From: Psilocybe cubensis
Taxonomy: Eukaryota
DNA: 64,000 nt
Direction: 5' to 3'
Assembly (NCBI GenBank): GCA_017499595.2
Contig: CM039004.1
Location: 1,240,001 to 1,304,000 of the forward strand
Each line of letters opens with the position of its first letter. Positions within the stretch are counted from its first letter, which is position 1. This document shows positions 1 to 12,135 of the stretch, piece after piece. The notes beneath the pieces are model-generated. The model did not search any database, was not told the DNA's origin, and worked only from the letters and a program-made list of their open reading frames with translations. The position numbers and the translations under genes were made by a program.

Positions 1-666
1 CTTTACGTTGTCCATTGAGCGCAGGGTATTATTCCCACAAGCGGACTAGTTGACACTGGGGCACTAATAGAAATGGGTCAGGGACAATCTGGGGAAAGAC
101 AAGACAAGACAGTTGGTATTTAATCAACTCGGCCGGGGCTATAACCCCGCATCTGGACTCGAAAAGTAGTGGGCTGGCGGTTGGCAAGGGATGTAGATTG
201 CAGAACTGCGGGTGTGGAGTCACAGGGCGAGAGGGAGATACTGACGCCGCGCGGCTGGGCCCTGGAGTTTCACCGCTGAAGTGTATGCAGCAGAGGAACC
301 GCTCGGGCTTGAGGTGATGGCCGACAGTAGTGTAGTATAGGCGGAAGGATGAGTGATCCGCTTCGGCAGTGCGGGCCTGAATTGGAAATTGGATGTTGCA
401 AGGCTGGTGTGCTTGATGGGACGGGTTGCAATGGAGTGTCCACAGCGAACTCTGAGGGCGCTAGACGGCGCTGATTGGGCGATACGAGTGTCTAGCGTGT
501 GATAGTCGCCGGGCTGGGCCGAGCTGGGCGTGACAGTCAAAAGGAGACAGCGACGGACGGAACTGGAGTGCGTGACAAGCCGGTCGGTCCGATCGGATGG
601 TGACCGTGACGGAGTGTTGAGAGTATATCGGTGGGGTCTCTCTTTTTTTATCCTTCCTCATCGTCC

Positions 667-3600
667 ATGGCCAACTACCTCCCCGTCCTCATCACCTCCA
701 TATCCGCCAATGCCACCCCAGACGACTCCGCCCTCGTCACTCTACCCCGTGGCCAGGTAGACTATCTCTCCCACGAATGGCAGGAGGAGGATGTCTGGCG
801 CTCCTGGCGGAACATGACAAGACAGAAGAACGAGATCACCAACGGCGTCAGACTCGAGAATGCCTCTTGGAGAACTTGGTGGAAGCAGCGCAACAAACTC
901 AAGACTATCTCTCCAGAGACCCTCAACTGGTCTGTTTTTCTCTTCTTCTTCAGGATTCCTATTTATTTGTATCGCCAGGTTGAAGGACTCTGATGTTACT
1001 TGGCTCTATGGGCCTCTCCACACCGCCGTTGAGTGGACTCCACCCCCAAAGCCAACTCCAGTTCCAGACACCGTAGACGCCGCGAATCCTGCCTCAGCCC
1101 ACGACCGTCTCGACTTATCCTCTTCGTCGGCATCCCGCCGTGCACCACGACCCGCGCCCTACAAGCCTATTCTCAAGCATCGCAGCATCAGCGAGCTCCT
1201 TACCTCAGACCTCCCCCCCACCTCTCCAATATTCAGCCCCGTAGAATCGGAGGATGAACAGTCTGATACCACCAAGCAGAACACCCAGGCGAACAGGACC
1301 GATCCCACCACCCTCGTATCCCACTCCCAATTCTCCTCAAAACTAGCAGGCAAGCGCCCCACCCTCACACATACAAAGAGCGACACACATATTACCCGCT
1401 GGGGGCCCAGTAGAGCCTTCCGCAAAGATTCACCGCCCCGTATCGATCCCCCCGGGTTTGATTCATCGCAGGCCCACGGATACTTCCCACCGGTCTCATC
1501 ATCATCAAATTCCCCGTCGTCCCTATCACAACCCTCGACAAATGGCTCTATCCGTGCATCGCTATCACAGGACTCCAACTCGAGTGAAAGCGGCGGTAAC
1601 GGTGGTGGCGTAACTAGCAGTGGCGGCGACACCCGCGGCGGTCACCATTCACATTCACATGGCACTACTACGCACAAGAAAAAGCATATTAGCTTCAACA
1701 CCTTTGTTGAGCAGTGCATAGCCATCGAAAAGCCAAAAAAGAACGCCTCCGGCTACTTTGGTGCCAGCGCAGGTGCACAGATAGGGTGGCCTGCTGGAAG
1801 AGTCAATTATGCTGATGACGATGGGTGCGTCTTTTATATCTAACCACTTTATTTTAGGTTTCTAATCTAACGGCGACTTAATCTAGTTACGACGAAGACG
1901 AGGAAGACTCGGAGGATGAAGAAGATGAGATATATGCTGCCGGTGGGTCACAATGGCATACTCCACGGCAGTCGGGTGCTCGTGCCGTGCGCAACGACTC
2001 GGATTCTCCTATCGAGGAGGAAGACGATGACGATGAGGAAGATGACGGGATTATCGAGATGCGTTCCTCTTCAAGCTCTTACCGCGCACGGACACCCAAA
2101 CCGACGCCGAAGAAATTCCCGCGTTCTCAGTCGAAAGTGTCTACAGCATCGTCATCATCTTCTACCTCAAACTCTTCTTACGGCAGCGGCAGCAACAGCA
2201 ACAGCACCCTTGATACCACCAATTCCTCTCCCTCAGGGTCGTTATCTCCCTCACGGCGCACGCCTTCCAATAACAGTTATAACCGCAAATCTCCCAATAC
2301 CTCTTCCTCATCCACCCCGAATACCAACGACATCCGCACACTCAACCGACGCGCGAGCAATGGGTCGACGTCGACATACCGTCCTTCAAGTACGCGGCGT
2401 GGCCCGCCACCCCTTATCCGGACGACGTCCGATTCGCACTCCCACAGCCATCAACAGCATCGCGTGAACGTAACGATTGCACCAATCGCCCCAACAATCC
2501 TGAAGACTACTGGCGTGTGGGCAGAGAATTTTGGCGACGACGGGGCGAGTGATGATGGGTTTGGATTTGCCAGCGGGTTTCCGTGGACAGAAAACCGGCA
2601 GCATGGCTATGGAAGGAATGGGTACCATTCTGATTCAGGGAACTATGGCTCCTTTGGAATCGGAAGAGGTAGCTCGCGCGGGTTCTATGGAGGAGCGGAG
2701 GATGAAACACAGGAATCCGATGGAACGCCTGTGGAACTCGTTTACGTTCCGCCGCTGGGAAGCAACTATTTGTTGAGCTTGGGTGTGGGCGACGAGAGCC
2801 CGGAGTATGATCACCACCATGTTCAGTACGGAGGATTCAGGGGAGGAAAGAGAGGAGGATACTTTGAAGAAGACGAAGACAGCGGCCACGTGGAGCAGGT
2901 GGAAGACGTAAATGCTGTATACCACCATCCGCCCAACGCCGGTATGGCCAGCGTCGGTTTCAGTGTAGGAGGGCCGTCAAGCTCACAGAGACCCGTGAAC
3001 GGGGCAACGGCAGGGGCAGGGTCGGCGCCGATACCCATTCATCATAGCCACAGCTCGAGCGCGCTGAATGCGCACGCGCACGGCGGCGTGCCGAATGTGG
3101 TCGTCAACCCAGGAGGACCCCTATCGAGCTCGGTACCCAATATCGTGTACCGTGGTGCACGCGCAATCCCGCGTCAGCAACCGGAAGTGGAAGAGGAAGA
3201 TGCATATGATTTCTTCGAGGGCCCGGATCTGGGCGAAGATTACTACTACGCGCGGAGAGGTGGGCGAGGGTATGAGCGAGAGCGGGAGAGCGACAAGGCG
3301 TATGCAGCTGCGGCAGCCGCAGCGGCGAGCACGAAGAGTCCGACGTTGACAGTACCCTCCAATGCTGGGTATGGCTCCTCGAAGAGCGAGCGCGATCGCG
3401 ATCGGGGGTCGGATCGAAGGCACTCGCGAAGCCATCACGGGAGTGGATTTGGTGGTGGTGGTGCGGGTGAAGAGAGGCAGTCGAGGAGCAGAAGTCGGAG
3501 CCAGAGCCGCACGCCGTCACCTGCATTCACGGTGTCGCCTACTGTCGGAGGCACCGCAACCCCGGCCCCAGCACCAGCCTCGGCATCGAGCAGCAGTAGC

Positions 3601-5124
3601 AATCCTCTTCTAGGCGTTGGTACGGGCGTTGTGGTGGTTGGGCGAAGGCGCAGTTCATCGGCGTCTTCGCCTTCCGGTCCCAACACATGGATCACCGGCG
3701 GCGGCGCGCCAGCTTCTAACAGCGCGGAACAGCGGCTCTCGCCTCCTGCGCGCGGGCGTCAGCAGGACCTAGCGTCTTCAACAACCAACCGATCTTCAGC
3801 GACATCAGGACAACCGGCGCGTGGAAGATCTAGCACGCGCACATCGTCCTCGTCGTCCTGGGAGCGCGAGCGCGGGAGCTCGGCGGCTGGCTCTTTGACG
3901 GGCAGCCCGATTGGCAGTTTGAGTCCCGGACCGGATGGTTTGGGACGAGCAGGGTCCGGCGTGGGCATCGGAGCAGTACTGGGAGGCGCAGCGGTGCTGG
4001 CTGGTGGCGGGCGTGCGGATCGAGAGCGTGAGAGGGAAAAAGACAAAGATCGCGAGCGTGAAAGGGGCAGGGAGAGGCGGGGTAGGGATCGGACAAGCGG
4101 GAAGGTGTTGACGGCCAGTGAGACGGAGAGTATGGCTAGTGGGAGCGGTTCGTTGGGCAGGGATGATACCGCAAGTGTGGACTCATCGTCGGTGTCCGCC
4201 TCGTTCACTGGCTCAGTGTCGGGTGTAGGCACGGAGTCGGGGTCGAGTGGAAGCAGGACCGTCGCCCCTACAGCCCATATGGAATCGAGCTTCTACAGTA
4301 CGACCTCTTCGTCGTCGTCCAGCACAAATACGAGCAACAGCACAATTATGGCGGCGCCGGCAACTGTTGTCCCTTCCCCTTCCCCCGCTGGCGATGATGA
4401 GGGTGTTGACGTGGAGATGCAGTTTTTCCGCCGCGCGGAGGAGGAAATGCGCAGAAGGTCGGTTCCAACGCCTTCCAACTCGCCCGTCGTGGAGATGCGC
4501 AGGATGGCGCCAAATGGCGTTGGCGATCCTCCCAAGAGCGCGAGTACGAGCACGAGCAATAGCAACAGTAGCGGCGGGACGACGCCCACGGGAGCAACGA
4601 CACCCTCTCCTCCTCTCTCCACCTCCAACGCTGAGGCGCCGCTCTTCGCGCCTGTTCCCTCGACGGCGGCTGCATTGGCGATGAAGAGAGCCGGCTCACC
4701 TGGGCTAAACTATGGGCGATCGTCGGCGTCACCTGTAGGCGGAATTAGTGCCTCGCAGCCTCTTTCTGCTTCTGTCGGCTCGAACTCCAATCCCAACTCG
4801 CCTTCAAATAAATTGCGGCCGCCACCGTTGATCCCCCCGCCTGCGGGTGTTGCGAAGCCCAGCACATCGTTCACTGCTGTCTCTTCTCCGCGCTCCGCTG
4901 GTGCTGTTGCTGGCTTGTCCTCACCTGCTTCTGCGTCTGCCGTTGTCTCTGCTCCTGTTTCGGCACCTACTGCTGCTGCTGTCGCGCGCGCTCGTAGCCC
5001 TCCTGTTTCGGAGAAAGAGAGTAGCGGGACTATTGTTGGCAAGGCTGTGGATATGGTTTCTAGTGCAGGGGCGTTTTTGGGGTGGTGGAGTCGCGATACG
5101 ACGACAGCTACAGAAGGGCAATAA
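667..5124 (+). CDS. REG1: Reg1-like PP1 (Glc7) regulatory subunit with DUF1752 domain and very long Ser/Gly/Arg-rich disordered C-terminus
   Basis: QVDYLSHEWQEEDVWRSWRNM...RLENASWRTWWK...LNW/LKDSDVTWLYGPL (DUF1752). KHISFNTFVEQCIAI resembles the Reg1 RVxF-type PP1 docking motif. Introns at 930-978 and 1825-1886 join the three ORFs in frame; ATG 667, TAA 5124. Confidence 0.8.
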
Positions 5125-6890
5125 GGACAGGTCTTCCTTTTGCTTGATATACACAGTACTCCCCTTCGCCCTCATACACATGCCACGGCCATTCTCCTAG
5201 ATTCGACTCGACCTTTGGATAATCTGGATGGATCGGAACACCGATATCATTTTCTCTTGTTTTATGTCACTGTTCTCTCTGGATCTCATTCCTTGCTTAA
5301 TGCAAGTTTAATGCCTCCTCTTCTCTTCTCTTTTTACCCACTCCTCTTAGTCTTTTTTTACTTCCATGCTCCTTTCCTATCTGCCGTTCGCTCCCTTTTC
5401 ACGTTCTATACTTTTCTCTCCTTTCCCTTACGGCTTGCCACCCCCGTTACTTTTTAATTTCGGTGGCTTTATCACGATATACCATTCATGTACTGACGAT
5501 CGCATCCACCTCCGCCGACTCCATGCCATCCTTCAAACCTACCGCAATTCACCGTCAACCTACCACAACATTTGCATCATCCTTCACTCATCCTACAACA
5601 CCCCCAGCATCTTTTTTTCTTTTTCTGTTTTCCTTGCATCGGTTTTGTTATTCATGCGCATACGTTCCTACGTATCAATGGTTAATTCTGGGTTGGTTAA
5701 TCTATGGTCTCCTCTTTTCCTTTTGGTTCCTCTCTCTTTTCTTTTTTATTGGACCCTCAAGCATGCATGTTGTGTTTCTGCCTTTTTTATTCCACATTGC
5801 TATAATCCAGTGTATGTATTAATTTGAATCCAATGTTTATACAATCAAATTTTGTGTGAGGTTTTATGTTTTTTTCACAAAAGTGAGTGGGGTCCTTTGT
5901 AATCTTTGGAAACGGTGGACCAATGAGAAACGCATCATCTGCTCTTCTGCCATACAAATTTAGGCCGCGGGTGAAGATGCGATGGTCATTGCAGCAGTTT
6001 GGAAGCCGCATTACTCACCCATTCCATGTCTTTGGTCGGTCATATTGACAATACAGTCACCTCACTCATTCCAAATAACCTGCAATCTGCGTGCTAGAAA
6101 TCGAGAGAAACCAGGGGAAGGTAACACGCCGATAGCAGCCTTTTCCACAATTCCTTTTGGTTTGAATGGTTCTTATCAGAGTAACCTCACTGGACAAACG
6201 AACGGATAACGGGAATATATAGGTAGTCTACCCCTGATACCTCCGGCCGATGTGCCTCGGCTGAGTCAATGCAGTTCTAATTTTGAATACGGCTATATGA
6301 AGGCAAGGTTATCTGACGGGGATGGGGTGTGAGCTATGTGTGACTTGCCCGCTACATGTTTTGCATATTCCAGAAGATCGCGATAAGCAGATAGTCATGG
6401 ACCCATGGACTCAACTCAGGAACTCAGGCCTTCAGGAGTGATCTACGACCAATCGTTGGGAAGGGTGTGATAGGCTAAACTTGATCGATTGCGCGATCTG
6501 CTGAAGAATGTTTGGTTCGGGGTAACGGATGGCAAAAGCTAAAGGATAGCTTGAGCGAGAGCCTGATTGGAGGTTGATAGGAAATACTTTCAACACCCTT
6601 GGTATGCCTTGGTTCCTCTGGGTGTCTTAGTCAACAGTGGCGAGGCTGGCCTTTTGGCGAGCTCGGTATTGAGAGAAAATGTTCCCTGGATGGACAAAAT
6701 CGCGGCTCTTAGTTTTGCGGCGTAATGGGTATCGAATACTTTTGTACAAGTCCGGGTATTTTCATCGTAATGTCTGTAGGGCTTTGGATTTGTATGATTT
6801 GTATCATAAAGATTTTACACCAACAACACATGGATCACAGCGTTGACCAGTATAATGTCAACTCTAAGGCAACTTCGCTGTTGCCAACCC

Positions 6891-7481
6891 CTAGTTATTC
6901 ACTGTATGAGATAATTGAACATTGTCACCATCATCATTGAAAAGTGCCAAACGGTCTATCTCTCGTCGTGGTAATTCATCGATATCCAGTGATGACGAAC
7001 CAAACAATGCCACTTCCAGGTCCTTTAGTTGGTTTAAAAAGCCGGGGTTTGGAGAGACTTGCGGTCGAGCGCGAACAATAAGACCCAACGCATTTTTCAA
7101 AGACATATTATGCTCTTTCATAAGATATCCACAAACGATTGTCGGTGATCGTGATACTCCTGCAGAGCAATGTACCAGGATCCTTCCGCGCCCTTTATTC
7201 GATTGTAACGCGGCTTTGATAATTTCTGTAGCGGCATCGATCGTGTTTGAGATGGAAGATGTAGTAGAATCTGAAAGAGATAGTCTATGGTAGACAACGC
7301 CCTCCACTTTGGGTGAAGGTGTGCTGCCTACACTCAAGACCTGGGTTATTGACTTGGTACTCAAAAAGGATTCGGAGGAAGCAGCTGAACAAGGCCCAAG
7401 ATACAGTGCACTAGAAAGAACGACCGATACTGTGTCGGAAGGATGTCGTAGAGATGTGGCAGCTTTATGTCTTTTCACCAT
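6891..7481 (-). CDS. Small atypical dual-specificity protein phosphatase (intronless)
   Basis: LYLG motif, ILVHCSAGVSRSPTIVCGYLM (HCX5R catalytic loop) and RPQVSPNPGFLNQL; 196-aa single ORF. Confidence 0.92.
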   Translation of the reverse strand: MVKRHKAATSLRHPSDTVSVVLSSALYLGPCSAASSESFLSTKSITQVLSVGSTPSPKVEGVVYHRLSLSDSTTSSISNTIDAATEIIKAALQSNKGRGRILVHCSAGVSRSPTIVCGYLMKEHNMSLKNALGLIVRARPQVSPNPGFLNQLKDLEVALFGSSSLDIDELPRREIDRLALFNDDGDNVQLSHTVNN

Positions 7482-7789
7482 GGTTGTCTGTAGTGAGCGA
7501 CGCGCAGCGACGGAATCATTGAACTTCCCGCAATTCCGTTTGTCGCATTTGGCAGAAATTCACATGACCCGTCCTGCGCTGTGGGCGCTTAATCGAGAAC
7601 TGTTTGACTCTCAGTACCTTTATCCAGATTTTTTCTGGCGTGGAAGAATAGTTTTAATATGGTATATAAAGTAAAGTAAGGCTGCATTTTGTTGTGAATG
7701 AGAGCTTGGATCCGGAAAACAGGACGTCTACTATGGCATAATAATAATAATAGAAAGGATATAACAAAAGTTGAGGCTGAGGCCAAGGA

Positions 7790-9689
7790 TCAAAACACAT
7801 CGCTCATTTCAGATTTGTCAACCTTTTTTCTCGTCATGGCTTTTCTTCGTTTGCCCCGACTTTGGAAAGGGCTGTCGTCTTGATAACGGAGATAGTACGC
7901 CCAGTCAGCAGTACTATCCATCTCCGTCTGCGAATACCCATTACCCAGCCATGCGAACCGGTTGCCGGTGTACTGGATGTCCCAATCTTCATATCGAGGC
8001 TCAGCCATAGCCTCTAGATACTGCAAGGTGCTTCCAGGCCATATTACGGTCACCTTTCCAGTGACACTGTTATTCTTGTACCACGAACGGCAGTCTTGAC
8101 TCCAGACCATCCTTTCCATGAATTTGTTTTTATGTTCGTTAAATTCTCGAACAGCCTCCAGCTTTGGTTGAACATGGTGAATGTTTTCTGTTTGCCAGCG
8201 ATCGATCATCTTCAAAGCATAGTCGATCTGTGCCTCTATTAAGAGATCAAGGGTTAGAAAAATAGAATATTTCACCTTACACGAATCTTACCTAGAGCGA
8301 TGAGCACAGGTCCGTTCGCAACAGGAGTACTGGGTCCCCCGACCATGAAATAGTTGGGGAAACCATGAGTCGCGATCCCCCAATATGATTCCGACTCCTT
8401 TGCCCATATGTCGTTCAGGTCTTTACCTTCGATGCCAATAACGGGAAATTGAGGTCGATTGGAGGTATCAAATCCAGTAGCGCAAATCAACACATCAAGC
8501 GGGTGCTCTACACCGTCGCCACCAATACAACCTGTTTCGGTGATTTTGGAAACTTCTCCAAAGACGACCTCGACTTTATCGGAACTTAGGGCTTCCAGAT
8601 AGCCCGTTCCTGGCGTTATTCTTCTGCACCCTACAGCCCATGTTGGTATGAGAAGCTCCCTTAGTTTTTCATCTCGTAACTTCTCCTTCATCTCCGTTAC
8701 TACAGCTGCAAAGATTCCCTTTTGACTATCGGAGTCGGCATAGAACAAAGGCCAGATGGAGCTAAAAGCTGTCTCCAGTTCTTTCCGGTATTTGAGAAGT
8801 GTCTCTGGGTCTTCAAAAGCACGACGCTCCTCTTCGGTATATATATGTTGTTCGACGTTCATAGGTGTGATCCATGTTGGCCTACGAATGAAATTGATGA
8901 TTTTGTCCACTTGCGGGGCAATGGCTGGTACAACCTGGATGGCAGACGACCTGACGGGGTATGAGTCATTTAAATCTCAATTGAAAAAAAGAAAAGCTTA
9001 CCCATTTCCTATTATCCCGACGCGTTTACCTTCGAGGTCGACAGAGGTATCCCAATGAGCCGTATGAAGCAGAGGACCCTTGAAGTCGTTGATGCCCTCG
9101 ATGTCCGGGAGTTTCCATGTGTTTAAAAGACCGCCAGCGTTGATGATCATGTCACATGAATCCTGAATTATTGTCCCATCTACCAAGTTTTGAACTTCGA
9201 CCTCCCAGCGGCCCTTCTCCACATTCCAGACTGCCTTTTGAACACGATGGCTTAGTTTGCAGTATTTCTCCAAGTCATACTTCTTGGCAATTCCTTTGAA
9301 ATATTCGTAGATTTCTTTCGAGCCAGCGTATACAGATGACCAGTTGGGGTTAGGTTCGAAGCTCCAGGTGTAGGTGTGTGCAGCGACATCGCAGGAACAA
9401 CTAACGTCGGCTTCAGTATATGTGCGCCGCTTAGTATTCTCGGAAAGGAGATAACGTACCCTGGATATTTGTTTTCGTACCACGTTCCACCGATGTCGTC
9501 GTTCTTGTCGTACACGATGAGTTCATAATTTTCGAAGGACCTTTGAAGCTTATACGCCACTAGCAGACCCGAAGCTGCTGCTCCGATGCATATGACTTTC
9601 AAGGGCCTCTCTTCGTGAATCGGTTTACTGAGACGCTCGTGATCGAGATGTGGAGCAGTTGGTACCGGAGGAGCGTTCCCGTTGGGCAT
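7790..9689 (-). CDS. FAD/NADPH-dependent Baeyer-Villiger-type monooxygenase (StcW-like family), copy 1
   Basis: VICIGAAASG Rossmann motif, GGTWYENKYPG/CSCD, FKGPLLHTAHWD (FxGxxxHxxxW fingerprint), GIIGNG/SS, GCRRITPG, ICATGFD; four exons. Confidence 0.92.
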
Positions 9690-11063
9690 GTTGCAGGATG
9701 CCGGAGAAGAGAAAGAGAGCAGAAACAGCGATAGAGATTGGGCTGTACATATCGGCAGCGTATTTATGGTGAGCGTTCATTCACAATGTACGGACTGATA
9801 CCATCTTCGACCACTTGATGATGTGAGTTCCCCTTTCACATATGGTAATTAGCCGAGAGCACATGGGAGGATCCGAGTTTGAGGAGGAGCAGTTCAACAA
9901 GAGCAGATGGACAAGTTCATACTTCATTGCCTCAATTTCAAAGTCATTTTCTTGCTGTTCCAGACTGTCATCTAAACGTCGGATTATTATCCGCAGGCTC
10001 AATGACTTGATGACTCGCCTGACGCTCAGCAAATCCTTCAAAACCCATTGCCTCTAGAACAAGAATTTGCTGCAATTGAGATAATAACGTCCGTTTCAAA
10101 GCGCAAATAGCACGTATGATACTTCTATGGTACTTACGGTCTAGCAGATAGGTCTTATACACCAACCTAAAATCAAAATCAACGAGTATATTACAGCGCT
10201 TTTGCTGACAAAATCGCGCCGACATCATGCTTCATAGCTGTGTGATGAACAATTGATGCGCCTTGAACATGGCTAGACTAGAAATCATAGTATCAGGTAT
10301 ATTTAGCCTGAGTAACTATGGAACTTACACACGGACAGTTGCCATTTTCCAACGTTCCAACTCTCAACGCTCACTGTTAAACAGCAGTCACTGGACGTCC
10401 GATGAAGCAATCCCGATGATAAATTCACAACTTAAGAATATTGGCCAATCAATCAATCAACCTCGAGGTTTACTTTTGTGACTATCCCTGCTTGTTTGTT
10501 AAGTATCCTCTCAACGATCCGATGCAACGAAAGAAGCAAACCACTGTCGGGATTTCTTTTAATTATTCGACGGGAATATTGGTTCATGCCCGAGATGTCA
10601 TTCTGTCTGTGTCGACGGCTCTCTCTAGTAGCATTTGATGACATATTGTTGAAGGCATATCTCACAAGAGGAGTCTTGAGAACTGCGCAGTAGTCATCGC
10701 TGCGTCAACGTTCAAAATTTCAAACTCGAAACTGATGACTCTGGATGACTCTGTAGGAGAGGGATGTACATTTTGACCCAAATATTTGGTTATCACTGTG
10801 ACTGTATCACTTTAGACCCAAAATATTCAAGAATAGTCTGTATCAGTAAATGGCATGATCCGAGTCTCCTCGTATTATCCTGTATGAACTTTTTTCGATC
10901 CAAAGGCGTAGAGCTATCACGTGGTACGGGCGCTAATTTAAGCATTTTTTCGCGGTCAGTCCGAATCCTGCATTTATCTTTCTCCCAAAAACATCGTTAC
11001 TGTGTCAATAAAACAAACTTCGAAAATTCCAAATTCCGGTCATAAATTCGTTGAAATATCAGT

Positions 11064-11610
11064 ATGAAATGCACCGTTGCTAAATATCCCTTTGACGACT
11101 CTGATCCAGAGCTGGCTGACATCATTTTATGCAACACACCAGATGGGACTCAATTCTTCACCAACAAGCAGATACTTTCCATTGTCTCCCAGTTCTTTAA
11201 TGACTTATTTCCAGTTGCACAATCAACGGTGGTAGATCTGCCAATCTCTTTAGAAACACGACCTTGCATTCCTGTGCAGGACGATGGCGAAGAGGTCTAC
11301 CAACTTCTCAGTTGTTGCGATCCTTTAGCGGAAAGCTCTCCAACAAATATGCCACGGACAAAATTACCTGCCGTGTTGGGAAGGCATTCAAGCAAAATTC
11401 GGTCACGCTGATCAAAGGAGATTGTATCAAAGTATATACCACTGCTATTAAATACCGCATTCATAATGTTTCCAGGATATCAACCAAATAATCCCTCAGG
11501 ATGAGACTTGACGAGATACCCGCCGTAGAGAAACTTACACACGTTTCTGCTTTGGCACTCCACAGATCATATTCATACTATTTTGTTTGTAGTAAAGCTG
11601 TCAGGTTGTT
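11064..11610 (+). pseudogene. Degenerate BTB/POZ-domain protein gene (agaricomycete expanded family)
   Basis: YPFDDSDPELADIILCNTPDGTQFFTNKQILSIVSQFFNDLF resembles the fungal BTB N-terminus (PFDD..ADIIL...F.VHK.ILS..S.FF..MF). It continues in another frame (IKVYTTAIKYRI...) with a frameshift and an in-frame TAA at 11489-11491. Confidence 0.65.
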
Positions 11611-12135
11611 TCTAGAGAGATGCTCTGCATCTGGTAAAAATCAGATAAACATTGCTGATTGACCAGAGGCCTCTCCCATGTTCTTCAACTTGTATCTTGC
11701 CAAAATTACTCCTGGAACCTCTTTGCTTTTCCAAAATCGTGAGAAAAAGAGATGACGAGAGGAGTAGTCAAGTGAGAATGTATGCCTTTAATACACAATT
11801 CACCTCTATTAACGCGAATTTTTTTCCAGATAAGTGTCAAGCTAAGTGACGATGGCTGTCACTTTACAAACTGAAGCCCCCTTCAATCCATAATAAGGCA
11901 TACGATATTACGTGTAAGAGATAGTATATATATATATAATATTTTGAAGTTGGCTGATAGAGGCTGATAGATGCATGCTTGGATAGACCCAGAGTCTAAT
12001 AGGCGTGAACGCGTGGCCCCTAAGAAAGCTGTCAACACGATCACGTGACTATCGCGTTGAATTTTGGCGTGGCCAAGTATGGCGTCTCTTTCTTTACATC
12101 GCCGAACAACACCCTTCATTCTGGCATCTGGCAAC

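Noticed and set aside
2386-5200. Numerous overlapping antisense and alternate-frame ORFs
   Set aside because: Shadow ORFs caused by the GC-rich, low-complexity coding exon of the Reg1-like gene.
5125-5830. Hydrophobic Phe/Leu-rich ORFs downstream of the Reg1-like gene
   Set aside because: Artefact of a pyrimidine-rich 3' UTR.
6648-6660. GGCCTTTTGGC resembling U2 snRNA stem I
   Set aside because: It is not followed by TAAGATCAAGTGTAGTA (branch-point recognition region); chance match.
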